Notes: generated by a model from the sequence alone, not told the origin. 64,000 nt of DNA from an uncultured Acidobacteriota bacterium (GCA_963839705.1 CAWIWL010000004.1:128320-192319); one strand, 5' to 3'. Shown: positions 1-9,399, numbered from the stretch's first letter. Made by a program: numbers and translations.

Positions 1-520
1 GCGACGCGAGTCCATCGGCGAGTGCGTGCGCAAGAAGTTCGATCGTCCGGCGATTCTGCTGTCCCATGAGGAGCGGGACAATCGGCAGTCCAGGGAACAA
101 CCGGCCCAGAAACGGCAACTGCATCTCGAGCGAATGCTCGCGCGCATGGACCGACGGCGACGCCCGGACGATGTCTGCCGCGCCGATCGCGGCGGCCCCC
201 GCGGAGTCGACCGCAATCGGTCCGAACGGGGTCGCGAAGGCGCCCTCCGGATACAGCGCGACGCCCTCGAACGCCACGAAATGCGACGGACCGACGAGCA
301 CCGCCACATCGTAGTGATAACGCGCCGCCGCCTTGTACGCGAAGGCGCCGACCGGACCAGAGAACATGATGCCTGCGTGCGGGGCGACGATCGCCCGGAT
401 CGCGCCGCGCGGCCCGTCAGACGCCCTGTCGACGTAGCCGTCGACCTCGCGAGCCAGCGCTCCGGAGCTCGCCGGATACCACGTGCCCGCGACGGCGGCA
501 GAACGAAGGGTCATAGTCAT
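1..520 (-). CDS. Memo-like protein (AmmeMemoRadiSam system protein B family), N-terminal part; C-terminus lies off-window
   Basis: The minus-strand frame is open from ATG at 520 (alt ATG 514) to the window edge, so it is absent from the ORF track. My translation MTMTLRSAAVAGTWYPASSGALAREVDGYVDRASDGPRGAIRAIVAPHAGIMFS ... LEMQLPFLGRLFPGLPIVPLLMGQQ shows the AG-x-x-YP, PHAG and E-x-QLPFL motifs typical of Memo-family proteins. Confidence 0.8.
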   Translation of the reverse strand, partial: MTMTLRSAAVAGTWYPASSGALAREVDGYVDRASDGPRGAIRAIVAPHAGIMFSGPVGAFAYKAAARYHYDVAVLVGPSHFVAFEGVALYPEGAFATPFGPIAVDSAGAAAIGAADIVRASPSVHAREHSLEMQLPFLGRLFPGLPIVPLLMGQQNRRTIELLAHALADGLAS

Positions 521-567
521 CGGTTCAGACCCTCGCGGCCTTACCCGCGCATGCTACGATCGCCCGC

Positions 568-867
568 ATGGCCGCTGATTTCACACGCGAGGACGTCGAA
601 CGGATCGCGCGCCTCGCGAGACTCGAATTGACAGAGCACGAGAAGACGCTCCTCACGCCGCAGTTGTCGAGCTTCCTTGCGTACGCCGAACAGGTGCAGC
701 AGATCGCCACCGCCGGCGTTCCGCCGACGTCGCATCCCTTGGCCACGGTCAGCGCGTGGCGCGACGATGTCCCAAAGGCCTCGCTCGATCGGACGGAGGC
801 GATCGCCCAGGCGCCGGAGGGAGACATCGAACGCGGACTCTTCAAGGTACCACGAGTGCTGGCGTGA
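568..867 (+). CDS. gatC: Asp-tRNA(Asn)/Glu-tRNA(Gln) amidotransferase subunit C
   Basis: 99-aa ORF with GatC-like sequence ([17 protein letters not shown] ... GLFKVPRVL). Its stop overlaps the gatA GTG (GTGA at 864-867). Confidence 0.9.
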   Translation: MAADFTREDVERIARLARLELTEHEKTLLTPQLSSFLAYAEQVQQIATAGVPPTSHPLATVSAWRDDVPKASLDRTEAIAQAPEGDIERGLFKVPRVLA

Positions 868-2330
868 CGATTCGACTCGAGAACGCTACTGCAACCGCTA
901 ACGCGGTGCGGACCGGAGAAGCGTCGGCCGTCGACGTCTGCCGCGCCGCTCTCGCTCGGATTGCTGAGTCCAACCCGGCACTGAACGCCTTCCACACCGT
1001 TGCCGGCGATCGCGCGCTCGCGCAGGCCGCGGCGCTCGACAGCCGGCGCTCAGAGTGGGCCCGGCTCCCGCTCCTCGGGGTGCCAGTGGCCTTGAAGGAC
1101 AACCTCTGCACGAGGGGCCTCAAGACGACCGCGGGCTCCCGAATCCTCGAACGCTACGTTCCTCCGTACAACGCGACCGCCGTCGACCGGCTCGTGGCCG
1201 CCGGCGCGGTCATTGTCGGGAAGACGAACTGCGACGAGTTTGCGATGGGATCGTCGACCGAGAACTCTGCCTTCGGACCGACGCGGAACCCGTGGGCACT
1301 CGACCGCACACCGGGCGGGTCGAGCGGAGGATCGGCGGCGGCGGTGGCCGCGCGAATGGTCCCACTCGCGCTCGGCTCCGACACGGGCGGCTCCATCCGC
1401 CAGCCCGCCGCACTCTGCGGCGTCGTCGGACTCAAGCCTACCTACGGCCGTGTCTCGCGCTACGGGTTGCTGGCTTTTGCGTCGTCACTCGATCAGATCG
1501 GGCCGTTCGCCACCTCGGTGGCTGACGCGGCGTTGTGCCTGCAGGTGATCGCCGGCCACGATCCGAAAGACGCCACCTGTGCCACGGCGGCCACAGGCGA
1601 CTACCTCGGAGCGCTGACCGGCGAGGTCGCGGGTGTGCGGATAGGAGTGCCGCGCGCGCTCGTGTCGGAAGAAGCCGGCGTACACCCCGAGGTCCGGATC
1701 GCGTTTGAAGACGCAGTGGAAACACTGCGACGGCAGGGAGCGGAGATCGTCGACGTGGCCCTGCCCCACAGTGCCTACGCCATTCCTGTCTACTACCTGG
1801 TGGCAACGGCCGAAGCCAGCTCGAACCTTGCGCGATATGACGGCGTCCGCTACGGCTACCGCGCCGCGGATGCCGCCACGCTCGGAGACATGTACGATCG
1901 CACGCGGGACGCCGGATTCGGGCCAGAGGTCAAGCGCCGCATCCTGCTTGGCACCTACGTCCTCAGCGCGGGCTACTACGACGCGTACTACTTGAAAGCC
2001 CAGCAGGTGCGCACGCTCATCCGGCGCGACTACGAGATGGCGCTGCAGAGCGTGGATCTGATCGCGATGCCGACGAGCCCCACCCCGGCGTTCGCGCTCG
2101 GCGAGCGCATCGACGATCCGCTGCAGATGTACCTGGCCGACGTTTTCACCGTGGCGGCCAACCTCGCGGGCCTGCCTTCAATCTCCGTCCCGTGCGGTTT
2201 CACCGAAACACGGCTTCCGTGCAGCCTCCAGCTGACCGGACGGGCCATGGACGAGGCGACGGTCCTCCGCGTCTCCGACGCGTTCGAACGCGCGACCACG
2301 TTCGCGCGGGAGAGACCCGGCACCGCTTAG
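864..2330 (+). CDS. gatA: Glutamyl-tRNA(Gln) amidotransferase subunit A
   Basis: Amidase signature ([40 protein letters not shown]). The ORF-track start at 756 overlaps gatC, so I trimmed it to the in-frame GTG at 864 (VTIRLENA...). Confidence 0.93.
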   Translation: MTIRLENATATANAVRTGEASAVDVCRAALARIAESNPALNAFHTVAGDRALAQAAALDSRRSEWARLPLLGVPVALKDNLCTRGLKTTAGSRILERYVPPYNATAVDRLVAAGAVIVGKTNCDEFAMGSSTENSAFGPTRNPWALDRTPGGSSGGSAAAVAARMVPLALGSDTGGSIRQPAALCGVVGLKPTYGRVSRYGLLAFASSLDQIGPFATSVADAALCLQVIAGHDPKDATCATAATGDYLGALTGEVAGVRIGVPRALVSEEAGVHPEVRIAFEDAVETLRRQGAEIVDVALPHSAYAIPVYYLVATAEASSNLARYDGVRYGYRAADAATLGDMYDRTRDAGFGPEVKRRILLGTYVLSAGYYDAYYLKAQQVRTLIRRDYEMALQSVDLIAMPTSPTPAFALGERIDDPLQMYLADVFTVAANLAGLPSISVPCGFTETRLPCSLQLTGRAMDEATVLRVSDAFERATTFARERPGTA

Positions 2331-2349
2331 AGGGTTGTCCCTCGCACCT

Positions 2350-2679
2350 TCAGGCGGGGAGCGGCTTGTTCGATCGGACGAGCAGCCACACTACAAATCC
2401 GATGAACAGGAGCGGGAGGAGAGGAACCGCCAGAGCAGCCACCGCGGCGATAATCGACGCCAGAATCGCGATCACCAGCAGCGGCCCGGCAAGGGCCAGC
2501 AGGACGACGCCGACCACCACTTTGACCACCAGCAGCAGCGGGACGAGCAGAAGCCAGAAGAGCAGGCGGACAGGCAGCAGCGCGAACCAGAGCACGGCTT
2601 TCACCAGCACGGTCACGGCGAGGAACCCCGCGAACCCGATCGCAGCCAGGACTGCCAGCAGCACCAGAAGCCCCATCAT
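2350..2679 (-). CDS. Small hydrophobic membrane protein, unknown function
   Basis: 109-aa ORF made almost entirely of L/V/A-rich predicted TM segments. GAGGAG lies 7 nt upstream of the ATGATG start. Confidence 0.55.
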   Translation of the reverse strand: MMGLLVLLAVLAAIGFAGFLAVTVLVKAVLWFALLPVRLLFWLLLVPLLLVVKVVVGVVLLALAGPLLVIAILASIIAAVAALAVPLLPLLFIGFVVWLLVRSNKPLPA

Positions 2680-2761
2680 CGTACGCTCCTCGACCGCCTG
2701 GACGGCGTGTCTATCGAGAAATTACGCGACCGGACTTTGAGAAGTTCCTGGCAGAGTCTGT

Positions 2762-3028
2762 CTACACCTTACCCAGCAGATCGGCTCGGGTCGGCAGCGA
2801 GTAGTGAATCAGGCCGGTCCTGACCTCCTCCATCGCGACACGTTCGAGCTTGTGCGGCGTGTGTCCGGCCGCGTGCCGATCGATGCGCGGCAACGCGCCT
2901 CGCCTGAGCTGCTTGGCGCGCTGGGCGGCCACATCCACGAAGAGAAAGCGGCTGGTGATGGGAATGGCGGACTGCGCGTCCTCGTCGCCCGCGGCGACCG
3001 AGTCCGGCAGGCTTGGGTTTTGCGGCAT
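2762..3028 (-). CDS. rpoZ: DNA-directed RNA polymerase subunit omega (probable)
   Basis: SRFLFVDVAAQRAKQLRRGA ... HKLERVAMEEVRTGLI matches the omega core pattern (NRF-LV-VAA-RARQL ... A-EEI-G-I). Start placed at internal ATG 3028 (MPQNPS...); the upstream extension to 3142 looks non-coding. Confidence 0.65.
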   Translation of the reverse strand: MPQNPSLPDSVAAGDEDAQSAIPITSRFLFVDVAAQRAKQLRRGALPRIDRHAAGHTPHKLERVAMEEVRTGLIHYSLPTRADLLGKV

Positions 3029-3152
3029 GTTGGTAAGAGTAGTCGAAAACGGCGGAGTCGCGCCACTCGCGCCCCTGAGCTGGTGAAAAGACAGAGGAAG
3101 GGATCGGTGCGTGCGACGGTGGAGAGGGAGCGCCCTCTCCACCGTTCTGACG

Positions 3153-3587
3153 CTATTCGACGTTGACGGAGATCTGCTTCGGCTTCGCCTCTTCGCGGCG
3201 CGGCAGCCGGATGGTCAGCACGCCGTCCTTGTAGGACGCGGCAATCTGTCCCGCGTCGACCGAGGTCGGCAGCGTGAATGAGCGGCTGAAGCCTCCGAAG
3301 CGGCGCTCGATGCGCTGGAACTGCTCGCGCTTGGTCGACTGCTCCTGCTTGCGCTCGCCCGTCAGTGTGAGGACGTTGTTTTCGACGGTCACGCCGATGT
3401 CCTCCTTCTTCACGTCGGGCAGCTCCGCCTTGATCACGACCTCGTGCGAGTCGGTCTCGTAGATGTCGACGGCCGGGACCCACGCCTGGTTGAAGGCCTC
3501 GGTGTGAAAGTCCGCGAACATCTGATTGAGCCGGTCGACTTCCATTCCCGCCAGGGTGCCGATGGGATTCCAACGAACAAGTGCCAT
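3153..3587 (-). CDS. Hsp20/alpha-crystallin family small heat-shock protein
   Basis: 144 aa with an alpha-crystallin domain (PAVDIYETDSHEVVIKAELPDVKKEDIGVTVENNVLTLTGERK ... ASYKDGVLTIRLPR). AGGAGG lies upstream of the ATG. Confidence 0.9.
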   Translation of the reverse strand: MALVRWNPIGTLAGMEVDRLNQMFADFHTEAFNQAWVPAVDIYETDSHEVVIKAELPDVKKEDIGVTVENNVLTLTGERKQEQSTKREQFQRIERRFGGFSRSFTLPTSVDAGQIAASYKDGVLTIRLPRREEAKPKQISVNVE

Positions 3588-3660
3588 GGTCGAACCTCCT
3601 GAATTTCACGGGGCTCTGGCCCCGGTGCACAGAAACCAATCTAGATCAATATTTTAGTCT

Positions 3661-3689
3661 TTGTCAAGCATATATACTTAGCGTATTAC
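3661..3689 (+). promoter_or_regulatory. Sigma70-like promoter TTGTCA-N17-TATTAC in the AT-rich divergent hsp20 spacer
   Basis: TTGTCA at 3661-3666, a 17-nt spacer, then TATTAC at 3684-3689. On the other strand a TTGACA (3662-3667) faces the minus-strand hsp20. Confidence 0.35.
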
Positions 3690-3771
3690 ACTCATGTATT
3701 GCCTGAGCGACAGAAACAGCCATAACTTTCTGCATCAGTGGGACTTCGCGCAGAGGGAGGACGGGATTAGA

Positions 3772-4209
3772 ATGGACGACACCGTGGCGCGACTCTTCTT
3801 CGATCGGCGAGACTTCGACGCCTTTCGCTCGCTCGGTAACGCCGAAACCGTCGAGTACCGGCCTCCCGTGGACGTGATCGAGACTGCAGGTTCGGTCGAG
3901 GTCGTGGCCGACCTGCCCGGCGTCCCGGCAGAATCGGTTCGGGTCACTTTCGCCGAAGGAACGCTCGTCATCGCTGGCCGCAAGCGTGCGCCGCAATGCG
4001 CCCACCGCGAGGCCGCGTTCCACCTGGCAGAGCGTACGTTCGGCCATTTCGCCTGCGCCGTCCGATGCGAAATGGCGGTGGACGCGGGCCGCGCCCGCGC
4101 CACACTCGCCAGAGGCGAGCTCCACATCGTGCTGCCACGCATCGATGAGCGGCGTGGTCGCGAGATTCCGATCGCCATCGAGCCGCCGACCGGCCCGGCG
4201 ACCACCTGA
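3772..4209 (+). CDS. Hsp20/alpha-crystallin family small heat-shock protein
   Basis: PPVDVIETAGSVEVVADLPGVPAESVRVTFAEGTLVIAGRK ... ATLARGELHIVLPR. Start moved to ATG 3772, which is preceded by GGGAGG. Confidence 0.8.
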   Translation: MDDTVARLFFDRRDFDAFRSLGNAETVEYRPPVDVIETAGSVEVVADLPGVPAESVRVTFAEGTLVIAGRKRAPQCAHREAAFHLAERTFGHFACAVRCEMAVDAGRARATLARGELHIVLPRIDERRGREIPIAIEPPTGPATT

Positions 4210-5040
4210 ATGATGCAGATCCTGTTCATCGGCGACATCTTTGGAAAACCGGGCCGGGAGATCGCTCGGCGGGCGATCCCTGCGCTGGTCGAACAACGCG
4301 GGATCGACTTTGTCATCGCCAACGTCGAGAACTCGGCGGCGGGCTTCGGCGTCACCGGCGACGTGGCGGACACCATCCTCGGCTACGGCGTCGACGTCAT
4401 GACGTCGGGGAACCACATCTGGGACAAGAAAGAGGTCCTCGACTACCTGCCGCGCGAGCCCCGGCTTCTCCGGCCCGCCAACTTCCCGGCCGGCGTCCCC
4501 GGCCGCGGCAGCATCATCGGCCGCACGCGGACCGGCGAACCGGTCGGCGTGCTGAACCTGATGGGGCGAGTGTTCATGACGCCGCTCGACGATCCGTTCG
4601 CGCTCGCGCTGCGTGAGATCGAAACGCTCCGCGCCAAGGCGCGCGTCGTCTTCGTGGACTTTCACGCCGAGGCGACTTCGGAAAAGATCGCGATGGGCTG
4701 GCACCTCGATGGGCTCGCCACCGCCGTGGTCGGCACGCACACGCACGTGCAGACCGCAGACGAGCGAATCCTGCCGAAAGGCACCGCCTGCCTGACCGAC
4801 GCGGGCATGACCGGGCCGCACGATTCGATCATCGGCGTCAGCGTCGACGCGGCGCTCGGCCGGTTCGTCAACAGCATGCCCGCCAAGTTCGAGGCGGCGA
4901 CGGGCCCCGGACGACTGAACGCGGTCATCGTCACGGCCGATCCGAGGACCGGCCGCGCGACGGCGATCGAGCGCCTCAACCTGTCGGCCGCCGAGGTCGA
5001 CACGCTCGCGGCGGCGACGCCGGCGCCTTCGCGCGGCTGA
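4210..5040 (+). CDS. YmdB-like metallophosphoesterase (TIGR00282 family, 2',3'-cyclic-nucleotide phosphodiesterase-like)
   Basis: MQILFIGDIFGKPGR ... FVIANVENSAAGFG ... MTSGNHIWDKKE ... VDFHAEATSEK is characteristic of YmdB-family proteins. Confidence 0.85.
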   Translation: MMQILFIGDIFGKPGREIARRAIPALVEQRGIDFVIANVENSAAGFGVTGDVADTILGYGVDVMTSGNHIWDKKEVLDYLPREPRLLRPANFPAGVPGRGSIIGRTRTGEPVGVLNLMGRVFMTPLDDPFALALREIETLRAKARVVFVDFHAEATSEKIAMGWHLDGLATAVVGTHTHVQTADERILPKGTACLTDAGMTGPHDSIIGVSVDAALGRFVNSMPAKFEAATGPGRLNAVIVTADPRTGRATAIERLNLSAAEVDTLAAATPAPSRG

Positions 5041-5086
5041 CGATCGCAAAACACGCGCGCCCGTAGCACTTATCAGAGCCAATCCG

Positions 5087-6487
5087 ATGTCCGATCTTTT
5101 CTCGCAGCCCTTCGAGGACGATCGTCAGACACCCGCACCGCAGGAACGGCGCGTCGTCACCGTCTCGCAGCTGACGGGGTCCATTCGCGCGCTGCTCGAA
5201 TCCGGGTTCGGCGATCTGTGGGTGGAGGGAGAGATCTCCAACTGCCGGCTGTGGAACACCGGCCACCTGTACTTCACCCTCAAGGACGGCGGCGCGCAGA
5301 TCAAGGCGGTGATGTACCGATCGGCCGTGCGCTACCTGAAGTTCAAGGCCGAAGACGGGCTGCGCGTCATCGCGCGGGGGCGGATCGGCGTCTACGAACC
5401 GAAGGGCGAGTATCAGATCCTCTGCGACCACCTGCAACCTCAGGGACTCGGCGCGCTGCAGCTCGCGTTCGAGCAGCTCAAGAAGAAACTCAAGGCCGAA
5501 GGCCTCTTCGACCCGGCGCGCAGACGGCCGCTGCCGGCGCTGCCGGCCAAAATTGGGATTGTGACGTCGCTCGACGGCGCAGCGCTCCGCGACATCATCA
5601 AGGTCCTCACCCGCCGGCATCCCAATACGCACCTCGTGATCCGGCCGACGCGCGTCCAGGGTGAGGGCGCAGCGGCCGAGATCGCCGACGCGGTTCGCGC
5701 CATCGGCCGGGTGCCCGGCGTCCACGTGGTCATCGTCGGACGCGGAGGCGGATCGGCCGAGGACCTGTGGCCGTTCAACCAGGAGCCTGTCGCGCGCGCG
5801 ATTGTCGGATGTCCCGTGCCGGTCGTCGCAGCGGTTGGACACGAAGTAGATTTCACGATCGCGGACTTCGTCGCCGACGTGCGCGCGCCCACGCCATCGG
5901 CCGCGGCGGAAATGGTCATCGCGGCGAAGGAGGAATTCAGTGCCAGGCTCGACCGTCAGTCGCGGCGGCTCCGCGCCGCCATGGCGATCGGACTCGACCG
6001 ACGCCGGACGCGCCTCCACGTGCTCGGCAGCCGCCGGGGGCTGGCTGGATTCCCGGCCCGCCTGGCCATGCGGGGACGCCATGCTGCCGAGCTCACGCAC
6101 CAGCTGCGCGGCAGTATCCTCAATGCGCTGACGCGACGCGAGCGCGAGTTCCGGGCGTTGCGGCTCCGTCTCGAGGCCCGCGACCTGCGGCGGCGCCTCG
6201 CAGCAATCCGCGGGAAGCTCGAGAGCGCAACCAGCCGGCTCCACGCCGGAATCGCGCGCCGGCACGATCGCGCAGTGGCGCGCATGGGCGAAGCGGTCGG
6301 CCGCCTCGAGTCGCTGAGCCCGCTCGCGGTGCTCGGGAGGGGCTACGCCGTCTGTTGGAACGAGGACCGCACGGCGATCCTCCGCACGGCGTCCAGCGTC
6401 ACGGCGGGAGCGCGCGTCCACGTGACGCTGCACGAGGGGGAGTTGAGCTGCCGCGTCGAGATGACGGATGAGGCGAAGCGCGGGTAG
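5087..6487 (+). CDS. xseA: Exodeoxyribonuclease VII large subunit
   Basis: 466 aa with an N-terminal OB-fold (VSQLTGSIRALLESGFGDLWVEGEISNCR...HLYFTLKD), a catalytic core (GIVTS..GAALRDI, RGGGS.EDLW.FN) and a C-terminal coiled coil. xseB follows. Confidence 0.9.
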   Translation: MSDLFSQPFEDDRQTPAPQERRVVTVSQLTGSIRALLESGFGDLWVEGEISNCRLWNTGHLYFTLKDGGAQIKAVMYRSAVRYLKFKAEDGLRVIARGRIGVYEPKGEYQILCDHLQPQGLGALQLAFEQLKKKLKAEGLFDPARRRPLPALPAKIGIVTSLDGAALRDIIKVLTRRHPNTHLVIRPTRVQGEGAAAEIADAVRAIGRVPGVHVVIVGRGGGSAEDLWPFNQEPVARAIVGCPVPVVAAVGHEVDFTIADFVADVRAPTPSAAAEMVIAAKEEFSARLDRQSRRLRAAMAIGLDRRRTRLHVLGSRRGLAGFPARLAMRGRHAAELTHQLRGSILNALTRREREFRALRLRLEARDLRRRLAAIRGKLESATSRLHAGIARRHDRAVARMGEAVGRLESLSPLAVLGRGYAVCWNEDRTAILRTASSVTAGARVHVTLHEGELSCRVEMTDEAKRG

Positions 6488-6500
6488 CGCAGACGGGAGC

Positions 6501-6567
6501 CGCGGATAACACCGACAACGCCGATCCGAGCCACGGAAAACACGGATAACACGGACAATACTGATAG
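6501..6567. repeat. 9-nt-period tandem array (CGCGGATAA CACCGACAA CGCCGATCC ... CACGGAAAA CACGGATAA CACGGACAA TACTGATAG) in the xseA-xseB spacer
   Basis: Read directly from the sequence. Seven nonamers with consensus CACGGAnAA, interrupted by 4 nt at 6528-6531, end 6 nt before the xseB ATG. Confidence 0.7.
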
Positions 6568-6573
6568 ACATCG

Positions 6574-6825
6574 ATGGACCCAACGATCAAAGACTTCGAA
6601 TCTGCCGTCGCCGAGCTCGACTCCATCGTCAAGACGCTCGAAGAGGGTGACCTCGCGCTCGAGAAATCGCTCGAGCTTTACGAGCGGGGGGTGCAGCTGG
6701 CGCGCTTCTGTCACTCCACGCTCGAGGGGGCCGAGCGGCGCATTGAGCTGCTGAGCGAGCGCGGCGAGATTAAAGAAGCGCCTCCCGCCCTCGGCCTCGG
6801 GGGCGATTCTTCCGGTACGAAGTGA
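6574..6825 (+). CDS. xseB: Exodeoxyribonuclease VII small subunit
   Basis: 83 aa. FESAVAELDSIVKTLEEGDLALEKSLELYERGVQLARFC is the typical XseB helix pattern. It sits immediately downstream of xseA. Confidence 0.9.
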   Translation: MDPTIKDFESAVAELDSIVKTLEEGDLALEKSLELYERGVQLARFCHSTLEGAERRIELLSERGEIKEAPPALGLGGDSSGTK

Positions 6826-7769
6826 CTACCGCCTCGTCGCCCGACCTGCGGACCTGGCTGGAATCGCGTCGACGCGACGTCGACGTTGCCCTCGACCGGT
6901 GGCTCCCTTCCCCACCCCGTGCTCCGCAGGCGGTCTGCGAGGCCATGCGCTACAGCGTCATGGCCGGGGGCAAGCGTCTGAGGCCACTCCTGGTGCTGGC
7001 GGCAGCCGAAGCCGTAGCCGAAACGAGCGGCGCCCGCGACACAGCCTCACTGGCGATGAGTGCCGCCTGCGCAGTCGAGCTAATCCATACCTACTCGCTC
7101 GTCCACGACGATCTCCCCGCGATGGACAACGACACACTCCGGCGTGGCCGGCCCACGGCGCACGTCGTTTACGGGGAGGGGATCGCGATTCTGTCGGGCG
7201 ACGGCCTGCTGACCGAGGCGTTCGCCCTGCTCGCGCGCGAGCCCGTCGAATCCCCGTTCATCACCGCCGCCGAGCTCGCGCAGCGGAAGCTTCGGGCGCT
7301 GGCCGTCATCGCGGAAGCGGCGGGCGCCGCGGGCATGGTTGGTGGTCAGGCGCTCGATCTGGATGCGGCCGTCGCTGGAGCCGTTCTTCTCGACGGAGAG
7401 GCGCTCAAAGGCATGCACTCGCGAAAGACCGGTGCGCTCATCCGAGGTTCGGCGCTCGCCGGCGCCGTGATGGCGGGTGTGTCCCCCGACCATCTGGCCG
7501 CGATCGACGCCTACGGTGAAGCGCTTGGCTTGGCGTTTCAGATCGTCGACGATATCCTCGACGTCGAGGGTGCGTCCGCCGAACTCGGGAAGACGGCCGG
7601 CAAGGATGCCGCCGCGGGCAAGCCGACCTACCCGGCCCTCTTCGGGCTCGACGAGTCCCGACGGCTCGCGGCCGAGTGCGCGGACCGGGCGAAAGCGGCG
7701 CTAGCCGGCGCGCGCCTTACTGGCCAGCTACCCGCTATCGTCGGCTGGGTCATCGCCCGCACCAGTTGA
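6822..7769 (+). CDS. ispA: Polyprenyl (farnesyl/geranylgeranyl) diphosphate synthase
   Basis: First and second Asp-rich motifs are present (LVHDDLPAMDNDTLRRGRPT; FQIVDDILD). GTG start overlaps the xseB stop (GTGA). Confidence 0.9.
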   Translation: MTTASSPDLRTWLESRRRDVDVALDRWLPSPPRAPQAVCEAMRYSVMAGGKRLRPLLVLAAAEAVAETSGARDTASLAMSAACAVELIHTYSLVHDDLPAMDNDTLRRGRPTAHVVYGEGIAILSGDGLLTEAFALLAREPVESPFITAAELAQRKLRALAVIAEAAGAAGMVGGQALDLDAAVAGAVLLDGEALKGMHSRKTGALIRGSALAGAVMAGVSPDHLAAIDAYGEALGLAFQIVDDILDVEGASAELGKTAGKDAAAGKPTYPALFGLDESRRLAAECADRAKAALAGARLTGQLPAIVGWVIARTS

Positions 7770-8518
7770 AGAAGACCCTTCGGCTCGACACGCTGCTCGT
7801 CGAGCGAGGACTTGCGGCATCGCGCGAGCGGGCGCGCGCGCTCATCCTCGCCGGTCAGGTCCGCGTCGATGGCCAGCCAGCGGAGAAGGCAGGCACGCCG
7901 GTCGGCGTCGACGCCGCCGTCACGCTCCTCGTGCCCGATCATCCGTACGTCGGCCGGGGAGGCCTCAAACTGGACCATGCGCTGCGCGCCTTTGTCATCG
8001 CCGTCGAGGGACGCTCGGCGCTCGATATCGGGGCGTCGACCGGGGGCTTCACCGATGTCCTGTTACGTTACGGCGCATCGCGCGTCGTCGCGCTCGACGT
8101 CGGACACGGTCAGCTCGATTGGCGCCTTCGCAACGACCCTCGAGTGATTGTTCTCGAGAAGACGAACGCGCGATCCCTGACGCCCGATGCTCTGCCACCG
8201 GAGACGCGAAGCTTCGACCTCGTGACGATCGACGTCTCATTCATCTCGCTGCGGCAGATCCTCCCGGTCGTCCCACCGCTCCTCGCCCCGCGCGGCGACG
8301 TCATCGCGCTCGTGAAGCCACAGTTCGAAGCCGGCCGGAGCGAGGTCGGCAAGGGAGGGGTCGTCCGCGACGATGCGGTGCGCGCGCGGGTGGTGGAAGA
8401 GATCGTCCAGCACGCACTTGCGCTAGGATTGACCCGCGCCGGACTGTCCGAGTCACCCATCACCGGCATGGAAGGGAACCGCGAATTCCTGCTGCACCTG
8501 ACAAGGCCGGACGCATGA
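7766..8518 (+). CDS. tlyA: TlyA-family rRNA 2'-O-methyltransferase (hemolysin A-like)
   Basis: S4 domain (RLDTLLVERGLAASRERARALILAGQVRVDG) plus FtsJ-like SAM motif (ALDIGASTGGFTD). Start set to TTG 7766, which overlaps the ispA stop; this start is the least certain part. Confidence 0.8.
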   Translation: MKKTLRLDTLLVERGLAASRERARALILAGQVRVDGQPAEKAGTPVGVDAAVTLLVPDHPYVGRGGLKLDHALRAFVIAVEGRSALDIGASTGGFTDVLLRYGASRVVALDVGHGQLDWRLRNDPRVIVLEKTNARSLTPDALPPETRSFDLVTIDVSFISLRQILPVVPPLLAPRGDVIALVKPQFEAGRSEVGKGGVVRDDAVRARVVEEIVQHALALGLTRAGLSESPITGMEGNREFLLHLTRPDA

Positions 8519-9399
8519 ACACGCCAATTCGTCGAGTCGGTCTCGTCGCCAAGCACAACCTCGATGCCTCCGCCGGCGTCCTCGCTGAAGTGGCCGGCTG
8601 GCTCGAGGCTCGCGGCGTCGATCCCGTCTTCGAGACCCACACCGCCGAGCTTGCCGGCCTGCCACCCGGTCGGCCGACGCGCTCACGCGACGATCTGCCG
8701 ACCGTGTGCGATTTGATCGTCATCCTGGGCGGCGACGGCACGCTCATCGGCATGGCGGGACTGATTGCCCAGGCCGGCACGACGGTGCCGATTCTCGGGG
8801 TGAACTTCGGCAGCCTGGGGTTCCTGACAGAAATCCAGCTGACCGAGCTGTACGAGTCGCTCGAATCAGTCCTCGATGGCGAGGCGGAAGTCGACGAACG
8901 GATGATGCTCCGCGCGCGCACGCTGCGCGATGGCGGAGTTTTCGCCAACCGCCTGGTGGTCAACGACGTCGTGATCACGAGGGGAGCGCTCTCGCGCATC
9001 ATCGACCTGTCGGTCACCATCGGGGACCAGCTCGTGATGCAGGTCCGTGCCGACGGCCTCATCGTCGCCACGCCGACGGGCTCCTCCGCCTATAACCTCG
9101 CGGCCGGCGGCCCCATCGTGCATCCCGCGGTGGATGCGCTGCTGCTGACGCCCATCGCCCCGCACATGTTGACCAACCGCCCCGTCGTGCTGCCCGGCTC
9201 CTCCGAAGTGCGCGTGGAGCCGATCATGAACGGCGCCGAAGAAGTGTTCGTGACCTTCGATGGCCAATCCGGTCATCCGCTCAAGGCCGACGACATCATC
9301 GAGATCACGAGGGCCGAGCGCCCACTGCTACTCGTGAAGGCGTCCCAGCGCACGTATTTCGACGTGCTCCGGCAGAAGTTGAAGTGGGGCGCACGGTAG
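8515..9399 (+). CDS. nadK: NAD(+) kinase
   Basis: GGDGTLIG ... GVNFGSLGFLTE ... ATPTGSSAYNLAAGGPIV motifs. The ATG at 8515 overlaps the tlyA stop (ATGA); the ORF-track start at 8119 lies inside tlyA. Confidence 0.9.
   Translation: MNTPIRRVGLVAKHNLDASAGVLAEVAGWLEARGVDPVFETHTAELAGLPPGRPTRSRDDLPTVCDLIVILGGDGTLIGMAGLIAQAGTTVPILGVNFGSLGFLTEIQLTELYESLESVLDGEAEVDERMMLRARTLRDGGVFANRLVVNDVVITRGALSRIIDLSVTIGDQLVMQVRADGLIVATPTGSSAYNLAAGGPIVHPAVDALLLTPIAPHMLTNRPVVLPGSSEVRVEPIMNGAEEVFVTFDGQSGHPLKADDIIEITRAERPLLLVKASQRTYFDVLRQKLKWGAR

Noticed and set aside
26-631. 201-aa plus-strand ORF at the window start
   Set aside because: The opposite strand encodes a clear Memo-family N-terminus, and the plus-frame product is Arg-rich low complexity that overlaps gatC.
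3640-3700. CIRCE (HrcA) or ROSE element between the hsp20 genes
   Set aside because: TTAGCG...GAGCGA gives no TTAGCACTC-N9-GAGTGCTAA-type inverted repeat, and the leader hairpin does not sequester the SD as ROSE elements do.
3664-6583. Long antisense ORFs (3664..5082 minus, 472 aa; 4976..6583 minus, 535 aa) overlapping hsp20/ymdB/xseA
   Set aside because: Arg/Ala/Gly/Pro-rich compositions with no recognisable motifs, lying opposite well-supported genes. These are typical shadow ORFs of a high-GC genome.
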